A stretch of 64,000 nt of DNA from positions 74,710,001-74,774,000 of the forward strand of contig NC_043008.1 of NCBI RefSeq assembly GCF_006345805.1, in the 5' to 3' direction. Every line of letters starts with the position of its first letter. The first letter of the stretch is position 1. This document shows positions 38,331-52,373 of the stretch, in pieces. The notes under the pieces were generated by a model. It was given only the letters and a program-made list of their open reading frames with translations. It ran no database searches and had not been told where the DNA came from. A program made the translations under genes and the position numbers. This DNA is from Octopus sinensis. Lineage: Eukaryota.

Positions 38331-39519
38331 GGAAAGTGAGTAAATAGAGTCAGCCATACAGTGGTCAGCTAATACATTTTCAAACTGTAGAAATGCAGAC
38401 ATTCAGAGATGTCAACTAAACAAGCATTAATTGTTGTTTGATTTATGATAAAACTTCAATATCATAGAAATAATATTTTTAAATAATATTGCAGATTATA
38501 TGAAAGCCATTAATGAAAGCAACCAAAATAACAGTAAATCATTGTAACTATTATCAATTCCCAAAGAGAACGATTAGTCTGCTTTTATTTACAGATGAAT
38601 GTAAATCAGTTTTATCATATGTATATTAATGACTTCAGAGAGTTAGAGACATGGACGAGTAACAGTCTAAGTGAGTTCACTACAGAGTAACATCTCTTCG
38701 TGATTTGTATTGAATCACACAAGCATGATTTTGATTTTCAGTCCAAAAAAGAAATACTGGTAACAAACAAGAACTGATACACCTGGTTCTAGCTCTCTTG
38801 CTATCATATGATGCTTTGTATAAAAAATGTATTACACAATATTTTGTTCTTCAAATGAGTGGCAGAAACTATAGTGCTTCAAATGGCAGTGGAAGTGTCA
38901 GAGACTGTAGTGTGGCTGACAAAATGACTGTACAAAGAATAAGATTGTCACAGCAAGTTCTCTTTCGATCATAGAGACACTGGGTTAGTTAAACCTTTTT
39001 ACAAGAAACATGAACAATAAATAATTTTGCAAAAATAGAGTAATCATGTATTCATTATCCAGGTAAGTGATTTTTGTTCTCTTTTTGGCCAACTGGGACA
39101 TGTCATGTCTCTCTTTTGAAGTGTCTTCTTAACCATTTTGTCATCATATTTCAGTTGAAATACACCACCTTTGTTCCAAAGTAATTTTTTCTTGTTGACC
39201 TTCAAGTATTGAGAACAAGACTTCTTTAGGTAATTAAAGTTCTTTGTACAAGTACTTCAAAGAGAATTTAATGTCTAAATAAATTGCCTCAAATACACAA
39301 TTTATTGAAGAAATGTTTTCACACAATGTGACTGAAATATGATAACGACTACAATGACAATGAAGACAATGATGATGATGATGATGATGATGGTGATGAC
39401 GATGACGACGATGGCGGCGGTGGCGGCGGTTGTGGTGGTGGTGATGGTGGTGATGATGATGATGATAAGGCTCAGTTGACGCTTACAAATGAGTTTCACC
39501 TTATATCTTACACCAAAGT

Positions 39520-39790
39520 TATGCTAATTGCTTTAGGTATCCATTCAGTTGTGAGCAGGCATAGACACTATCTTGGAAGACCCACCCTTGATCCAGCCGA
39601 GCATCAAGGTTGTAACAGTTGGTAAAAGAGGGGGTTACACCAGCACTCAGCTGGTACTCATTTTCAGCTGAGGAAACTGGAGCAGTGTGAAATGAAGAGC
39701 CTTGATAAAACTCACTGGCTCTTTCAAGAATTGAACACATCACCTTATGATCATGAGTTCAACATCTAAGTCACCAGGCTATGCAGCTCC
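39520..39790 (-). mobile_element. tRNA-derived SINE, family C-like
   Basis: Reverse-strand B-box-like gttcaattc near 39730 and body gctggtactcattttcagctgag. A comparable head with gtttcaattcc lies at 51725-51970 (+). Confidence 0.55.
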
Positions 39791-41526
39791 TCATTAACAA
39801 CAACAATAATAACTTGTCTCATACTTCATATTGTAATTTCTTGTTGGATGATGATAAATAAACCCTTGAACTCTATCATCATTATCGACATTCCCATTAG
39901 CTACACCACCATCATCACCACAATGATGATTGCCACAGTCGTCGTCGTCTTCTTCTTCTTCTTTCTTCTTCTTCTTCTTCTTCTTCTTCTTCTTCTTCTT
40001 CTTCTTCCTCAATCCTATCATCCGTGTTTTATTATTTATTCTTACTGCACTGGCATGTGTTGGTTGGATTCTGCAGTCTGCTACAAAGCACGTACTTATG
40101 TGGTCAAGTCACCAACTATGCATTCACACATTCCAATATTTTAGTAATGGTTCCTGAAATGTAATTCAGGCTAGCTGTATATATTTTAGTAGAAAACATA
40201 ATTAAAAGAGTAAAATCGTAAAATCCCAATGGTTCCTACATTTTAGATTCAATACTGCTCAAGTTTTAGGTGCAACAATATGGAGAGAAGTGCAAGTTTT
40301 CAGGTTGATAGAGATCTCTCCAAGAATTCCTATTAATCTTGCAATCTGTACACACAAGAGTATCAAAAAAGTGTTACCTCAGGCAGAAATATAACTCACA
40401 TGAGTATAGAAAAACTCATCAATTATACAATCAAAATGCATCACCTTTTTTTAGAATTCTTCATTCAATATTTATATTTTTACCTATTTATATATTTTTT
40501 CAATCTTTTCCCAAGCCTTATTTTACTTTTCAGTGTCAGAAAGTCCAAAAGACAGCAGTGAAGATATTTGAAAATATCAAATCAACATGAAGAAAACCAT
40601 ATTTAGGTTTCTATTTTATATATATTTTTTCTTGGTAATTGTCTGTTTACCAAAGAAGTCAGTCTTTTAGGAAACTACATACAGAACAAAAATATATATC
40701 AACTGCAAGTTAGTATTCTATATGATTTATATAGCAAAAATTTGGAGAGTGGTATTATGTGTGTTTAGAACATTAGACATGTGATGTTCATTTGCATGAA
40801 AGGTAAATAGAGGTGAGATAAAACAGACAGGGTAGATAAAAATGTAAATGATCTACTAATGTTAAATATTGTCACAAAGTGGACAGAAAACAAGTGTGTT
40901 TTGGTATATTGGAAGTGTAATGTTTACTCACAAAAGTTGGAGTAGAGGCATGCCCATTACTAAGGGAGTGCATCACTGGACAGCACTACCCCCTCACTAC
41001 TCAATGATGCACCCTTAGATTGAAGAAAAACAGTTTACAAAAATCGTCCCACATTACAAATTAGTGTCCATCCAAAATATCCTGAAGCAGCCCCAGAAAC
41101 CAAAGTCTGGCAATGAGTCTGAGCAGAGATGGAGAGAGGGGGAGAGGGGAGAGAGAGAGAGGGAGAGAGAGAGGGTATAATTATCTAATGATATTTTCTA
41201 ATTTGTTTCAGAGAAACAAGCAGGTAATATGTTAGGATGATAAGTGATGATTGATGGGTGGGAGATAGTCCTAGCGGTAAAAGAAGAAAAGCAGTTGTAG
41301 ATGATGGAAGTTGTGAAACGTACTGATAGTAGAAGGAGGTTATGTACACACACAGCACTGGGAGGTGCCTACAACAGTGGAACATGTCTATCAAAAAGAA
41401 TAGAAGATTGTAATGCAAGGTATTTATTTATAAACAGTTGAACAAATATACATATAACAATAGAAGGCCCTACCTATAGCAGTGACAGGTGTATACCAAT
41501 AACAGTGGAAGATACGTATCCATATA

Positions 41527-41937
41527 GGTGCAGAAGTAGCAGTGTGGAAAGAAACTTGCTTCCCAACCACATAGTTCCAGGTTCAGTCCCACTGCGTGGC
41601 ATCTTGGGCAAGTGTCTCCTACTATAGCCTCAGGCCGACCAAAGCTTTGTGAGTGGATTTGGTAGACGGAAACGGAAAGAAGCCCATCACATATATATAT
41701 ATAATGTGTGTGTATATGTGCATGTATGTCTTTGTGTCTGTGTTTGTCTCCCCACCATCGATTGACAACCAATGTTGGTATGTTTACATCCCATAACTTT
41801 GTGGTTTGGCAATAGAGACCAATAGAATAAGTAGAGGCTTACAAAGAATAAGTGCTGGGGTCAATTTGTTCAACTAAAGACGATGCTCCAGCATGGCCAC
41901 AGTCAAATGACTGAAACAAGTAAAAGAATAAAAGAAT
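41527..41937 (+). mobile_element. tRNA-derived SINE, family A, best-preserved copy
   Basis: B-box-like GGTTCAGTCCC at 41580, CORE-like CTTGGGCAAGT, internal microsatellite, tail gactgaaacaagtaaaagaataaaagaata. Confidence 0.85.
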
Positions 41938-42589
41938 AGCAGCAGAGGGATTGTATCTATAGCAATGAAAGTTATGTACCTGTAATAGTGGAAGGTACGT
42001 AACTATAACAGTAAAGCACAGTAATCAAAGATATTGTGTGCTGCTATGATAAATATAAATTTTAATTCTATCGCTCTCTAATGCTATTTAAGGCCTGCAA
42101 CCGCCTATATTATTGTTGCTGTTATTATCAACTATTTATATTTACCACAGAGAATAATAATAATAACAATATCTACATAAATACTCACTTCTGAATATTT
42201 ACTGCTTATTAGTGTATTTACACTGAAGCTGTTCTGATTTTGATGTAAAACAATTCAGAATGCCAGCAGACTTCAATGTGATGAGTCGACATTTTTTTAC
42301 TTGGTAAAACTTGCTGATGAAACTTAAGGCTTTTTGTCAGAACTAAAAATCATGATTCAAGTGTATCCAAATACCAAAATATATAGCATTGAGTTGTCTT
42401 AGTAAGTTGTTGTTTCAGTCATTTGACTGTGGCCATGCTGGAGCACAGCCTTTCTGTTGAAATTTTTCAGTTTTATAGCTGGTTTGACTGAATGTTTCCA
42501 CTCCTGCTTCTAGCAGGTAGGCACCTTGTGTGCCCATATGATATATATATATATATATTATATATATATATATATATATGTCTGCACTG

Positions 42590-43190
42590 GTATGGATGAG
42601 GACAGCTGTGTGAAGAAGTGTCAATCTGTAAAAGGAACCTGTGGTAGAGGTAGATGCAAGACAACAAGGGACGAGGTGGTGAAGCATGATCTTGAACTTT
42701 GAACCTCACAGAAGCAATGACTAGTGACCAAGACCTTTGGGGATGTGCTGTGCTCGAGGGGACCCATCAAGTCGAGGGGACCCATCAACCCACCTATGCT
42801 GGTGGCTGAGTTCCTTTTGAGTGTTGGGCCTCACGGAGGTAATGACTGAGACCTTTGGCATTATGCCATGATTGAGAAGAAAACCCTTCAAGCCAAGCAA
42901 AATCGCACCCATGGCAGATACCAGTGTCATGCAAATTAGCACCCATACCAGTGGCATGTAAAAACACCCTGATGTTATGTAAATGGCACCAATGCTGGTG
43001 GCATGGAAAAGCACCCATTACACTCACAGAGTGGTTGGCATTAGGAAGGGCATGAAGCTGTAGAAAACCATGCCAAATCAGACTGGAGTCTGGTGCAGCC
43101 TTCCAGCATGCGAGCCTAGTCAAACCATCCAATCCATGCCAGCATTGACAATGGAAATTAAATGATGTTGATTATGATGATGATGATGAT
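42590..43190 (+). mobile_element. RTE LINE 3' end
   Basis: GTCGRGRCKTTRDEVVKHDL...TEAMTSDQDLW, RTE 3' UTR, ccaatccatgccagcat and a (GAT)n tail. Confidence 0.8.
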
Positions 43191-43223
43191 ATATATATAT
43201 ATCATCATCATCATCATCATCAA

Positions 43224-43275
<52 letters not shown>

Positions 43276-43520
43276 ACACACACACACACACATGTATATA
43301 TATATATATATATACAGATATATATATAAATATATATATATACGTTTAAATATTTGTTGTGCAAGATTTTTTATGTGAAGTTGTGTGTTGAAACAGATAT
43401 CGTTATATTTAGGAATGGTCATTTTGCCAGTTTAGCCAATAAAAAAACACATGCACTATATATTTGGTGTTATTTTGCTTCAGTGTTATTTATTTTTTAC
43501 ATTAATCTTAATCTTATTTC

Positions 43521-43565
43521 GGCCAGAGTTCTTTCGTCACACTCCTGTGACCGCATCAGTGGTCC
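43521..43565 (-). ncRNA. Minimal type I hammerhead ribozyme candidate, A9C core variant
   Basis: Minus strand: GGACCA-CTGATGC-G-GTCACA-GGAG-TGTGAC-GAAA-G-AA-CT-C-TGGCC. Perfect 6-bp stem II with tetraloop; stem I CCA/TGG; CUC triplet. Confidence 0.6.
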
Positions 43566-44079
43566 TTTGTTTTCTTCTTTCTTATTTGTGTCTCTCCTTA
43601 CTAACTGTCAGCCATTTTGTATTTCTATTGTATGTCTTCGTTTGCGCATGCCTATATCGCTATGTGCGTTTATGTTTATTTAGTGTGTATATATATATAT
43701 ATATACCCTGGTGTTATGATCTACAGCCACATTGTATTATTTGTTGCTTTCTTATGGGCAGAATCAGCACACTAGGAGTATGAAGCAAACAACTCTTCTT
43801 TATAAACATGTTTTTTTTTGTCATTTTGTGATGATCAATGCTGAAATTGTTGACACCAAAAACATGTTTAATGGCAACTTAGATTAGAATGGAATCCTAA
43901 TATTGCCCCGAAAATGACCTAGACTTATGGATTTAAAGAGTTGGATGACGTATGAGGACGTAGAGGTATCCGCATTGCAGAAAGTAAGATACATGGAAAG
44001 AAAGCTGCTTCAATGGGAAAAGCACCATCTCTGTAATATTTGGGCAGACTATACTCTTCAATGTATGTTAAGTGAAACT

Positions 44080-45250
44080 GACAATGTTTCTGGGTAAACT
44101 ATGTTTTGCGTAAGCCATGTATTGATAGAATAAATATATAAGTCATCTGCACTGGATGCTCAGCAGTGGCATGTTCATCGATGGTAGTATTAATGGAGAC
44201 AAACACTGAAGAATCTGGTAGAATGTGGGGGAGTTAATGGATTACTTTATCAACACTTGATAAAGTAATCCAAGTATTTTAGCACCTATCCAAGGTGCTA
44301 AAATAGCTCTCTCTGCGAACAATGCTATGCTTTTGAAGTTGTCTTACAATGTGGGAAACGCCTTTTCTTTAAGTTCAGCCAGTGTAGACACTATGTGTCA
44401 ACATTGCAGGACATGCTGTTGCAGGGTGTTATTCAATGGTAAAGCACCATTTCCAGTTTGCAGAAGTTGATGAAAGAATTCCCCAGCTAAGGGGTTGTTG
44501 TAGAGATGAGTTCACATATTGTTGCTTAATGAAAGCTGATGAACAAACCTCCACAGAGAGGAAAACTTCAGACACACATAGTTGTTGACAGCTCACATAC
44601 ACCATGGTATGACTGGTAATATTTGAAGCCCCCGCCCATCCCTTAACAGCAGTATTGTTCCTAATATCCCTTAATGCCTTATCTAAGGCTTCTAGTGCAC
44701 CGCTGTGTGCCATCGTGCATTCATACCAGACAATAAGTATAGTTTAGAGCAGAACTTCCGCCGTCGGTAATCGTTTTGAAATATTACACATTTGGGCATT
44801 GCTGAAGTGAGTTTTCTTGAGTACGAATAGAGACAGTTTTCTTTGTGGTTCTTGTTTGTGGAGATAAATGTGAATGTCTTCATTTTGGTGGCATGGCTGA
44901 AAAGGGTGAATGATTAAGGAACATATAAGATGGAAGACGTAGCAATTTGAAGTTGTGCATTGTATAATTTGATCTTTTAGTAACAAAGAGAAAGATGTAG
45001 AAAAATTCATAAGTCAATGTGTATACCATCATTATGAGAAGAAGTGGTAAACTGTGAATGATTTGGCTATGTTCTGTCTTGATAAGCATAATGCATTCTG
45101 TTAGCTGATATATAGTGGAGTGGATTACTGATGTAATGGAAGTTATTGTTTGTCCAGAAGTGAAGTGGGGGCTACAATTTGCATGAAAGTGAATTATGTT
45201 CTTAAGATGGATCACAAACTATGTACTGTTTCATGGAATAAAAAGGGGTT
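44080..45250 (-). mobile_element. Decayed Helitron Pif1-like helicase remnant
   Basis: CNISK...AEVL, LIVWYECTMAHSGALEALDKALRDIRNN (Walker B, IVWDE), QILPVIP, CLKFSSLWRFV...LSNNM, AERAILAP, VSINTTIDE...HPV. Confidence 0.9.
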
Positions 45251-45841
45251 AATATCATTTTGCCCTGAAATCATGTTTAGAAAATTATAATTTTCCCACT
45301 CCCCAACGAACTTTGGTAATTTTTAACTGTTTTTTTTAAATTTTGTTTTTTATACATGTGGAAAAATACAGAGATTAAGAATGTGGGAAATATAATTTGT
45401 TTTTGGAAAATTAATTTTTCTGACAGAAATACTGAATGACCCTTCTCCCACCTTGGCCACCCATTAGCTACCTGCTTTTGGGCAAAATGCAAATCTTGTG
45501 TATGGAAAACATAGGAAATGAGGAAGGAAATAAGGGAGGTGGGGCTACACAAATGTCATGTTGGACATGCTAGAAACAACTGGTAAAGGACAGGATTTCT
45601 GAGATAACTTCTTTGTAAGATTAAATGGAAAATCAGGTTTTGAAATATGCTCATCATAAACAGGAATGACACAACTGGAAAAGGTAATTTCCATAGGATT
45701 TGAGCTGTAAATCAGTGCACAGCAAAAGATAACATAATTCTGTGTGTGTGGCAAAGGAAGTTATTTTTGCATACCTCACTGAATTCCAAAAGAAGGAAAT
45801 GTAGTGAAGTTGTAATATCTTCTTTTCTACTCTAAACACAA

Positions 45842-45945
45842 AGCCCAAAATTTTGGGGGAGGGGGCCATTTGATTAGATCGAACCAGTATGCAACTGGTA
45901 CTTAATTTATTGACCCCAAAAGGATGAAACGCAAAGTTGACCTCA
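45842..45945 (-). mobile_element. SINE family B 3' fragment
   Basis: ctggtacttaatttattgacccc.aaaggatgaaa.gcaaagttgacctc, the reverse complement of the bodies at 52374 and 61752. Confidence 0.7.
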
Positions 45946-46519
45946 GTAGAGAAGCTGTACTATGTAACCAGCAGAAGGCCTCTGTACATTATAATGAGAA
46001 ACTGAAAGAGAAAGATAATGCCTAATTCTACACACACGTGAAACATAGGACAAAAGAGAAAATGACCTTAAAATTGTACGACATGACCTCATTTCTGGGG
46101 TTTTCAGCATCCCCTTCTTTGCCGCTTTCCCCCTCTCTTTGTGCTGACTTTCTTTCACTTTCACCTAATATATAATACATAGGGTATGAAACATCAGCGC
46201 CTGTCACTCACCCGCCTCTTACCCCTATCCACCTTTCAACTTCTCCTAAAGAAACTTGTTTTCTGTCTCTGTTTCGTTCTCTTGTTTCTATGTCTTTTTT
46301 CTCATTCTGCTTTTCACTCAGTCATTCCACAATAATTAACTTCTTTATGCTTTGAAGAGAGCAGAAATTGAAAGAAAAGAGAAAGCAGAATGTAGAGAGA
46401 GAGAACAGAAAATGAAGGAAATGAAAAAGTGAATGATGTATGTATATATGAAAAGGATGTGTGTGTGCGAGAGAGAGACAGAGTGAGTGAGTGAAGGTCT
46501 GTCTCATGATGATGGTTGT

Positions 46520-46741
46520 CTTTAAGTTAAACACTTATATAGAAAATGTGGTCATCATTGCCATCGTCGTAAAAAATGTTAACGATAGTTCACTTATGGA
46601 AAAGATTATAATTTCAAATTTTTGCAATGCAAATATGTCAATGAAAATAAAGTTTAGTTGGGAACAGAAATAGTACTGAATCTTTTGATACTCCATACGC
46701 CAAAATCGGCAACTTGGTTTTAGAATACATAAGGAACATAT

Positions 46742-46776
<35 letters not shown>

Positions 46777-46790
46777 AACTCTCTTTTATA
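46520..46790 (-). mobile_element. Non-autonomous Helitron-like repeat, copy 3 of the 6.5/8.6-kb family
   Basis: gaatcttttgatactccatacgccaaaatcggcaacttggttttagaatacataagg followed by (CA)n and caaactctcttttata. Confidence 0.65.
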
Positions 46791-46809
46791 CACACACACA
46801 CACACACAC

Positions 46810-46858
<49 letters not shown>

Positions 46859-46970
46859 GTGTGAAATATGTGTGTATATATATATATATATTTTATGTAA
46901 TATATATTTATATGTGTATATATATATATATATTTATATGTATATATATATATATATATATTTATATGTA

Positions 46971-47061
<91 letters not shown>

Positions 47062-47399
47062 ATATATATATATTTATATATATAATATTAGGGTTGCTTA
47101 ACCACATACCGAAAATTCAGAAATAGTAGCCAAAGACTGCTTATTCCTTTTACTACAGGTATCACTCCACATATAACATTACTTGTAACTCACATAGGCA
47201 AATATATATATATATAAGTAAAAAGTAAGGAATTATCTCAAAACAATAACCAGTTTGCTCTCAGTTGGGTATTTAAAATATGTTATTCAACTGTTAACTT
47301 ATGCATACACACACAAATATATACATACATACATATACATATACATATATATATATGTATATATATATATTTATATATTATATGTGTATGTATGTGTGT

Positions 47400-47620
47400 G
47401 CGTATACATTTGTGCGTATGTGTTTGTCCCCCCCAACATCGCTTGACAATCGATGCTGGTGTATTTACGTCCCCGTAACTTAGCAGTTCGGCAAAAGAGA
47501 CTGATAGAATAAGTACTAGGCTTACAAAGAATAAATCCTAGGGACCATTTGTTTTACTAAAGGTGGTGCTCCAGCATGGCCACAGTCAAATGACTGAAAC
47601 ACATAAAAGAGTAAAAGAGT
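47400..47620 (+). mobile_element. SINE family A 3' half
   Basis: gtgtttgtccccccc...gatagaataagtactaggcttacaaagaata...ccagcatggccacagtcaaatgactgaaac. Confidence 0.8.
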
Positions 47621-47690
47621 ATTTATACGCATGTATATATACATATACATATATATATATGTACATATATTTATATATATATATATATAT

Positions 47691-47742
<52 letters not shown>

Positions 47743-47749
47743 TAAAGAT

Positions 47750-48040
47750 TTATCTTCATATAGCAGGCATTATCACAGCAGCTCCATAGATGTTTCTTGA
47801 GAGAGCCAAAAGCCTTTGTAGTAGACTGTATTCACCTCTCAGCTTCAAGGTCCAGAGAGTTTTGTGGAAGTTGGTTCTCTGCTGACTGAACCTGTTGTGT
47901 ATGCTCATTGTTGAAAACATATCAATCCTTCTCACAGCCATTGTTTTCTGCACCAGCTGCTGTCCATAGGAAATAGCAGGATCAAGCCTGTGTTCACAGT
48001 ATTGGATGTCTGTTGACTTCAATGAATTCATCTGTCCTAT
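47750..48040 (-). mobile_element. Decayed RTE-BovB-type RT C-terminal fragment
   Basis: LDLEAER*IQSTTKAFGSLKKHLW resembles LDxEIxxRIxKASxAFGxLxxxLW. Confidence 0.5.
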
Positions 48041-48194
48041 GAGAGGTTTTGTTTTACATCCTGCATTGTTCAGTCACCATCCTCACATAGTAAACTTAAA
48101 GAGTTCTTAGTTTAGTCACTCAACCATGCAGCAGGTTGTACTGGATTACATGTTACCAGTACCTCTTACAAGCAACCCAATATATATATATATG

Positions 48195-48340
48195 TGACTA
48201 TGTGGTAAGAAGTTTGCTTCCCAACCACACGATTCTGGAGCTAGTCTCACTGGGTGGCATGTTGGGCAAGCGTTGTCTACTTGCTGATAGCCTTGTGAGT
48301 AGATTTGGTTGATGGAAACTGAAAGAAGTCCATTTTGAGT
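48195..48340 (+). mobile_element. SINE family A 5' half
   Basis: gtgtggtaagaagtttgcttcccaacca...ttgggcaag...gatttggttgatggaaactgaaagaag. Confidence 0.8.
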
Positions 48341-48483
48341 ATATATATAGTATTAATTGATTGTAGGGGATGGATTTCATATTAGACTTTTATTAGGTAA
48401 AACATATGTTTCGAGCCATCAGTCTGGGTCTCTTCATTTAAACACACTAATCAAATTATACATATTTATCCAAATTATTATTA

Positions 48484-48544
<61 letters not shown>

Positions 48545-48767
48545 TGATGTCTGTGCGTCCTTGTATCTGTGTTAATCCTCCACTATTACTTGATAAGTAT
48601 TGGTATGTCTATGTCCTCCAAACTTAGTGGTTTGGCAAAGGACTGATAGAATAAGTAGCAGATTTAAAACAATAATAAGTACTAAGGTCAATTTATTCAC
48701 CTAAAGGTCTTCAGAGTAGTTCCCCAGCATGACTGCAGTCTAATGACTGAACAAGTTAAAGCTATAT

Positions 48768-48813
<46 letters not shown>

Positions 48814-48818
48814 TGCAC

Positions 48819-48855
<37 letters not shown>

Positions 48856-48910
48856 TGCACATATTTTTACATACATACATATATATATATATAATATATA
48901 TCTATATATA

Positions 48911-48970
<60 letters not shown>

Positions 48971-50223
48971 TACATATATGTAAACTCACATACATACACA
49001 CCAGTGATGGAAGATTCCGTTATCTTATTTAATTATCTGTAAGGCTAAGATTTGTGTGAATTTATGACATGAAAACCTCTGGCCGAAAATAGAAAAATCT
49101 TTATGTTTTTATTTCATTGACTGCTGCTACTACTGAGACTAAAAAGATATGAAAATATCGAATTGCTGATATGTTTATCAATACATATAATAGCCTAACC
49201 TTTGTGTCAAATCTTATTTCATATAATCTTGTCTCTATGCACGTACACGCTCGCTCCTCAAACCAATGAATACATCAGTTGATTAATATGCATATATAAA
49301 TGTGTGTGTATTTGTATGTGTTTATATTAAGTAGGTGATTAGTTTTTGATGTGTGAGTATGTTTGTGCATATATGTAATTATATGTATATTATAATTATG
49401 TATATATATATATGTGTGTGTACATATATATATATATACATATTCACACATACGTGTATATGTATACATATATATATATACACATATATATATACATATA
49501 TATATACACATATGTGTGTGAGTGTGTGTGTAAATATAGATAATATATTTACATATATGTTGATTTATATTTATATATTTATATATGTGTGTGTGCATGT
49601 GTGTTTTTATTAATGTATATGTTATATATAGAAATGTTGATAAATATTTAGATAGACAGATAGACATACACACAAAAATATAAATATTCTTTATATATAT
49701 ATAAACTTGTATGTGTGTGTGTGTGTATGTACACATATATGTGCACATCTCTCACACACACAGTCATGGACACATCCAAATAAATCTAAACAACTCTGTA
49801 CACACATACACACACACATACACACACACACAAACACTCACACACAAACACATACATGCACATGTACATACGCATACCCTCAGTTAGGACAATATATATA
49901 AGTATCTGGAAATTTACTGCTATATTTTTATATCACCATTTGGCAAGTTGTTCTCAAAGTTTAGAATATATTTGGCATAACCAACTTCCACAGATTCCTA
50001 ACTATCCATCAAAACAAATTGTGTATATGAATACACACATGTATATAATGTATATTTATGCTTGTATGTAGGCATGTACTCCTAATAGAGTATAATCAAT
50101 GATAATTTTGACAACTGACCAAATTTGATATTTTTGTTTATATGTAGGAAGAGATCAAGTGATGTTCAATGTGAGTATGTGTGTGTGCATGTGCTTGTGT
50201 GTGTGAATATGTGCATATATGTC

Positions 50224-50278
<55 letters not shown>

Positions 50279-50408
50279 ATATGCAGGCATTCACAAAAAT
50301 ATAGCTTTATTAATAGATATTTATATGTGAGTGTAAATATGTGTTATGTGTGCATATCTGTTTATGAATAAATATAAATGTGTGCATAACGATTTACTTG
50401 TGTATGTA

Positions 50409-50439
<31 letters not shown>

Positions 50440-50999
50440 ACGTATATAAATATATTAAACAAACAGTAATTCTATTGAAAATAAAATAGAAAGTTTTTAT
50501 CATGAAATTTGGTTGCAGTCCAAATTCTATTGATTTCTGTGTATGTTTAGGGGTTGGATGTATCAAATGATCATCTGTGGATCACGCTATAACAAAGATA
50601 TATATACATACATATACACATATATGTATGTGTATGTGTATGTGTGTAAATATGTGTGTGCTGCTATTGATATTGAAATGTTAAATATAGATGAGGCCTT
50701 CAAGGATTACAAATATAGAATAATGGATTTGGATATTGGGAAAAAGAAAACAGAAATGCGGTCAGAAGGAAATTTCTGACTGTTCATTCCTATACAAAGA
50801 CCAGACAGAATGGATTCCAGGATTTTATATGTATCCTATAGATTTTGCAATCTAGCAGAATGTTTATGATCAACAATGTTATATACAGACAAACTGATAT
50901 ATATATGCATACATGCACATACATGCAAACACATGCACATGCGGGCACACACACACACATACACACACACACTCATTCACACGTACATATACATATGTG

Positions 51000-51075
<76 letters not shown>

Positions 51076-52373
51076 TGTTCAGCCTGACCAAGTCTGATCG
51101 AAACACAACATTAGCCATTATTGAGTATGTGATGCTAATATAAATTAAGGAACGCCACAAATAGAAATTGTTTACCATAATCTACACAGTTAAGTTATTG
51201 TATCTCACTTTCCAATTCCTTTGGGCTTCGTTATCAGAAAATGGTTGAGCAAATCTGCTTGGCCAAATATGGTAACGAGATTAGATAAATGTATTTATTA
51301 ATTAAAACTCTATATCAATAATGAAATATTTTCCACTCAATTAAAAAATAACACATCCTACTCGAGGGCTTTTTAAATATTATTTTATGCTTCACCATTT
51401 CGAAATCTGATCTGATAATTAAAAATAATACAGTTTTTTTTTCCTTTTTTAATTTTTTCTTTTTTTTACAATATAGTCTCACAGAAATTATTCTTAGAAA
51501 AACAATGTTTAAAGAATTATGAAATGTTGACAGTGACTATTGTTAGATGACATGTATTTGAGATGGTGTAGTGGAGGTGACATGTTTGTGACCCTTTGTT
51601 GATGTGTAGTGGAGTTGGTTGTGGTCTTGGTGGATATGGTGTTGTAGCAGTGTGTGTTATTTCCCATTGTGGATATATAGTGGTGGTGGTGTGTTTATGG
51701 TCCAGTGGAAATAATTAATGTGGAAGAGTGTGTCTTAGGGGTTGGGGTGTTGCACTCATAATCCCAAGATAGTAGTTTCAATTCCTGGAGCTAGCAATGA
51801 GTTGTGTCCTTGCACAAAACACTTCATTTCAATTTGATTTATCCTTGCAGCTGGTTAAAATGAGTAATCCTGTGATAGACCAGTGTTCTATCCACTTAGG
51901 AATATATATATGTCACAGAATCTGGGAAACTAACCTTTATGGCTCAGAAAGGGCCTTTGACTCTTTGCATTTTGGGGAGGAATTTCAAACTGATTCCAGC
52001 TCAGATGTGAAGCAACAATTTTTGTTTTAGGTTTAAAGACATGACTGAAATTTACTTCGATGTACATGAAAAATAGGAGCCAGGTTGTTGAACAGTCTAT
52101 TGTTCACATAGTAATCCACAATATTCTTACATTCTCTCAATTTCTTGTAATTCAAACTACCTCATGGTCCCAGCAGATGAAATGGAAAAGGTGTTGCCCC
52201 AGATGATGGTGAGGGAAATGTATTCAAACAGCCACACTGGCTCTGGGGGTTTGTGCTTGGACAGAGATCATGAGTAGGCAAGGCAGTGAAATAGAGGGGA
52301 TGGTGCTTTGAATCCTGTCACTGCATGCATCATTTCAGTGCATGTCATTCCAAAGTATATTTTATTTCACTAT

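Noticed and set aside
39039-39068. Strong donor CAG/GTAAGT suggesting a 24-nt micro-exon
   Set aside because: The upstream acceptor lacks a polypyrimidine tract, and such donor matches occur by chance.
41527-41600. tRNA-like A/B boxes here and in other SINE heads
   Set aside because: No cloverleaf can be formed and the sequence continues into a SINE body, so these are not tRNA genes.
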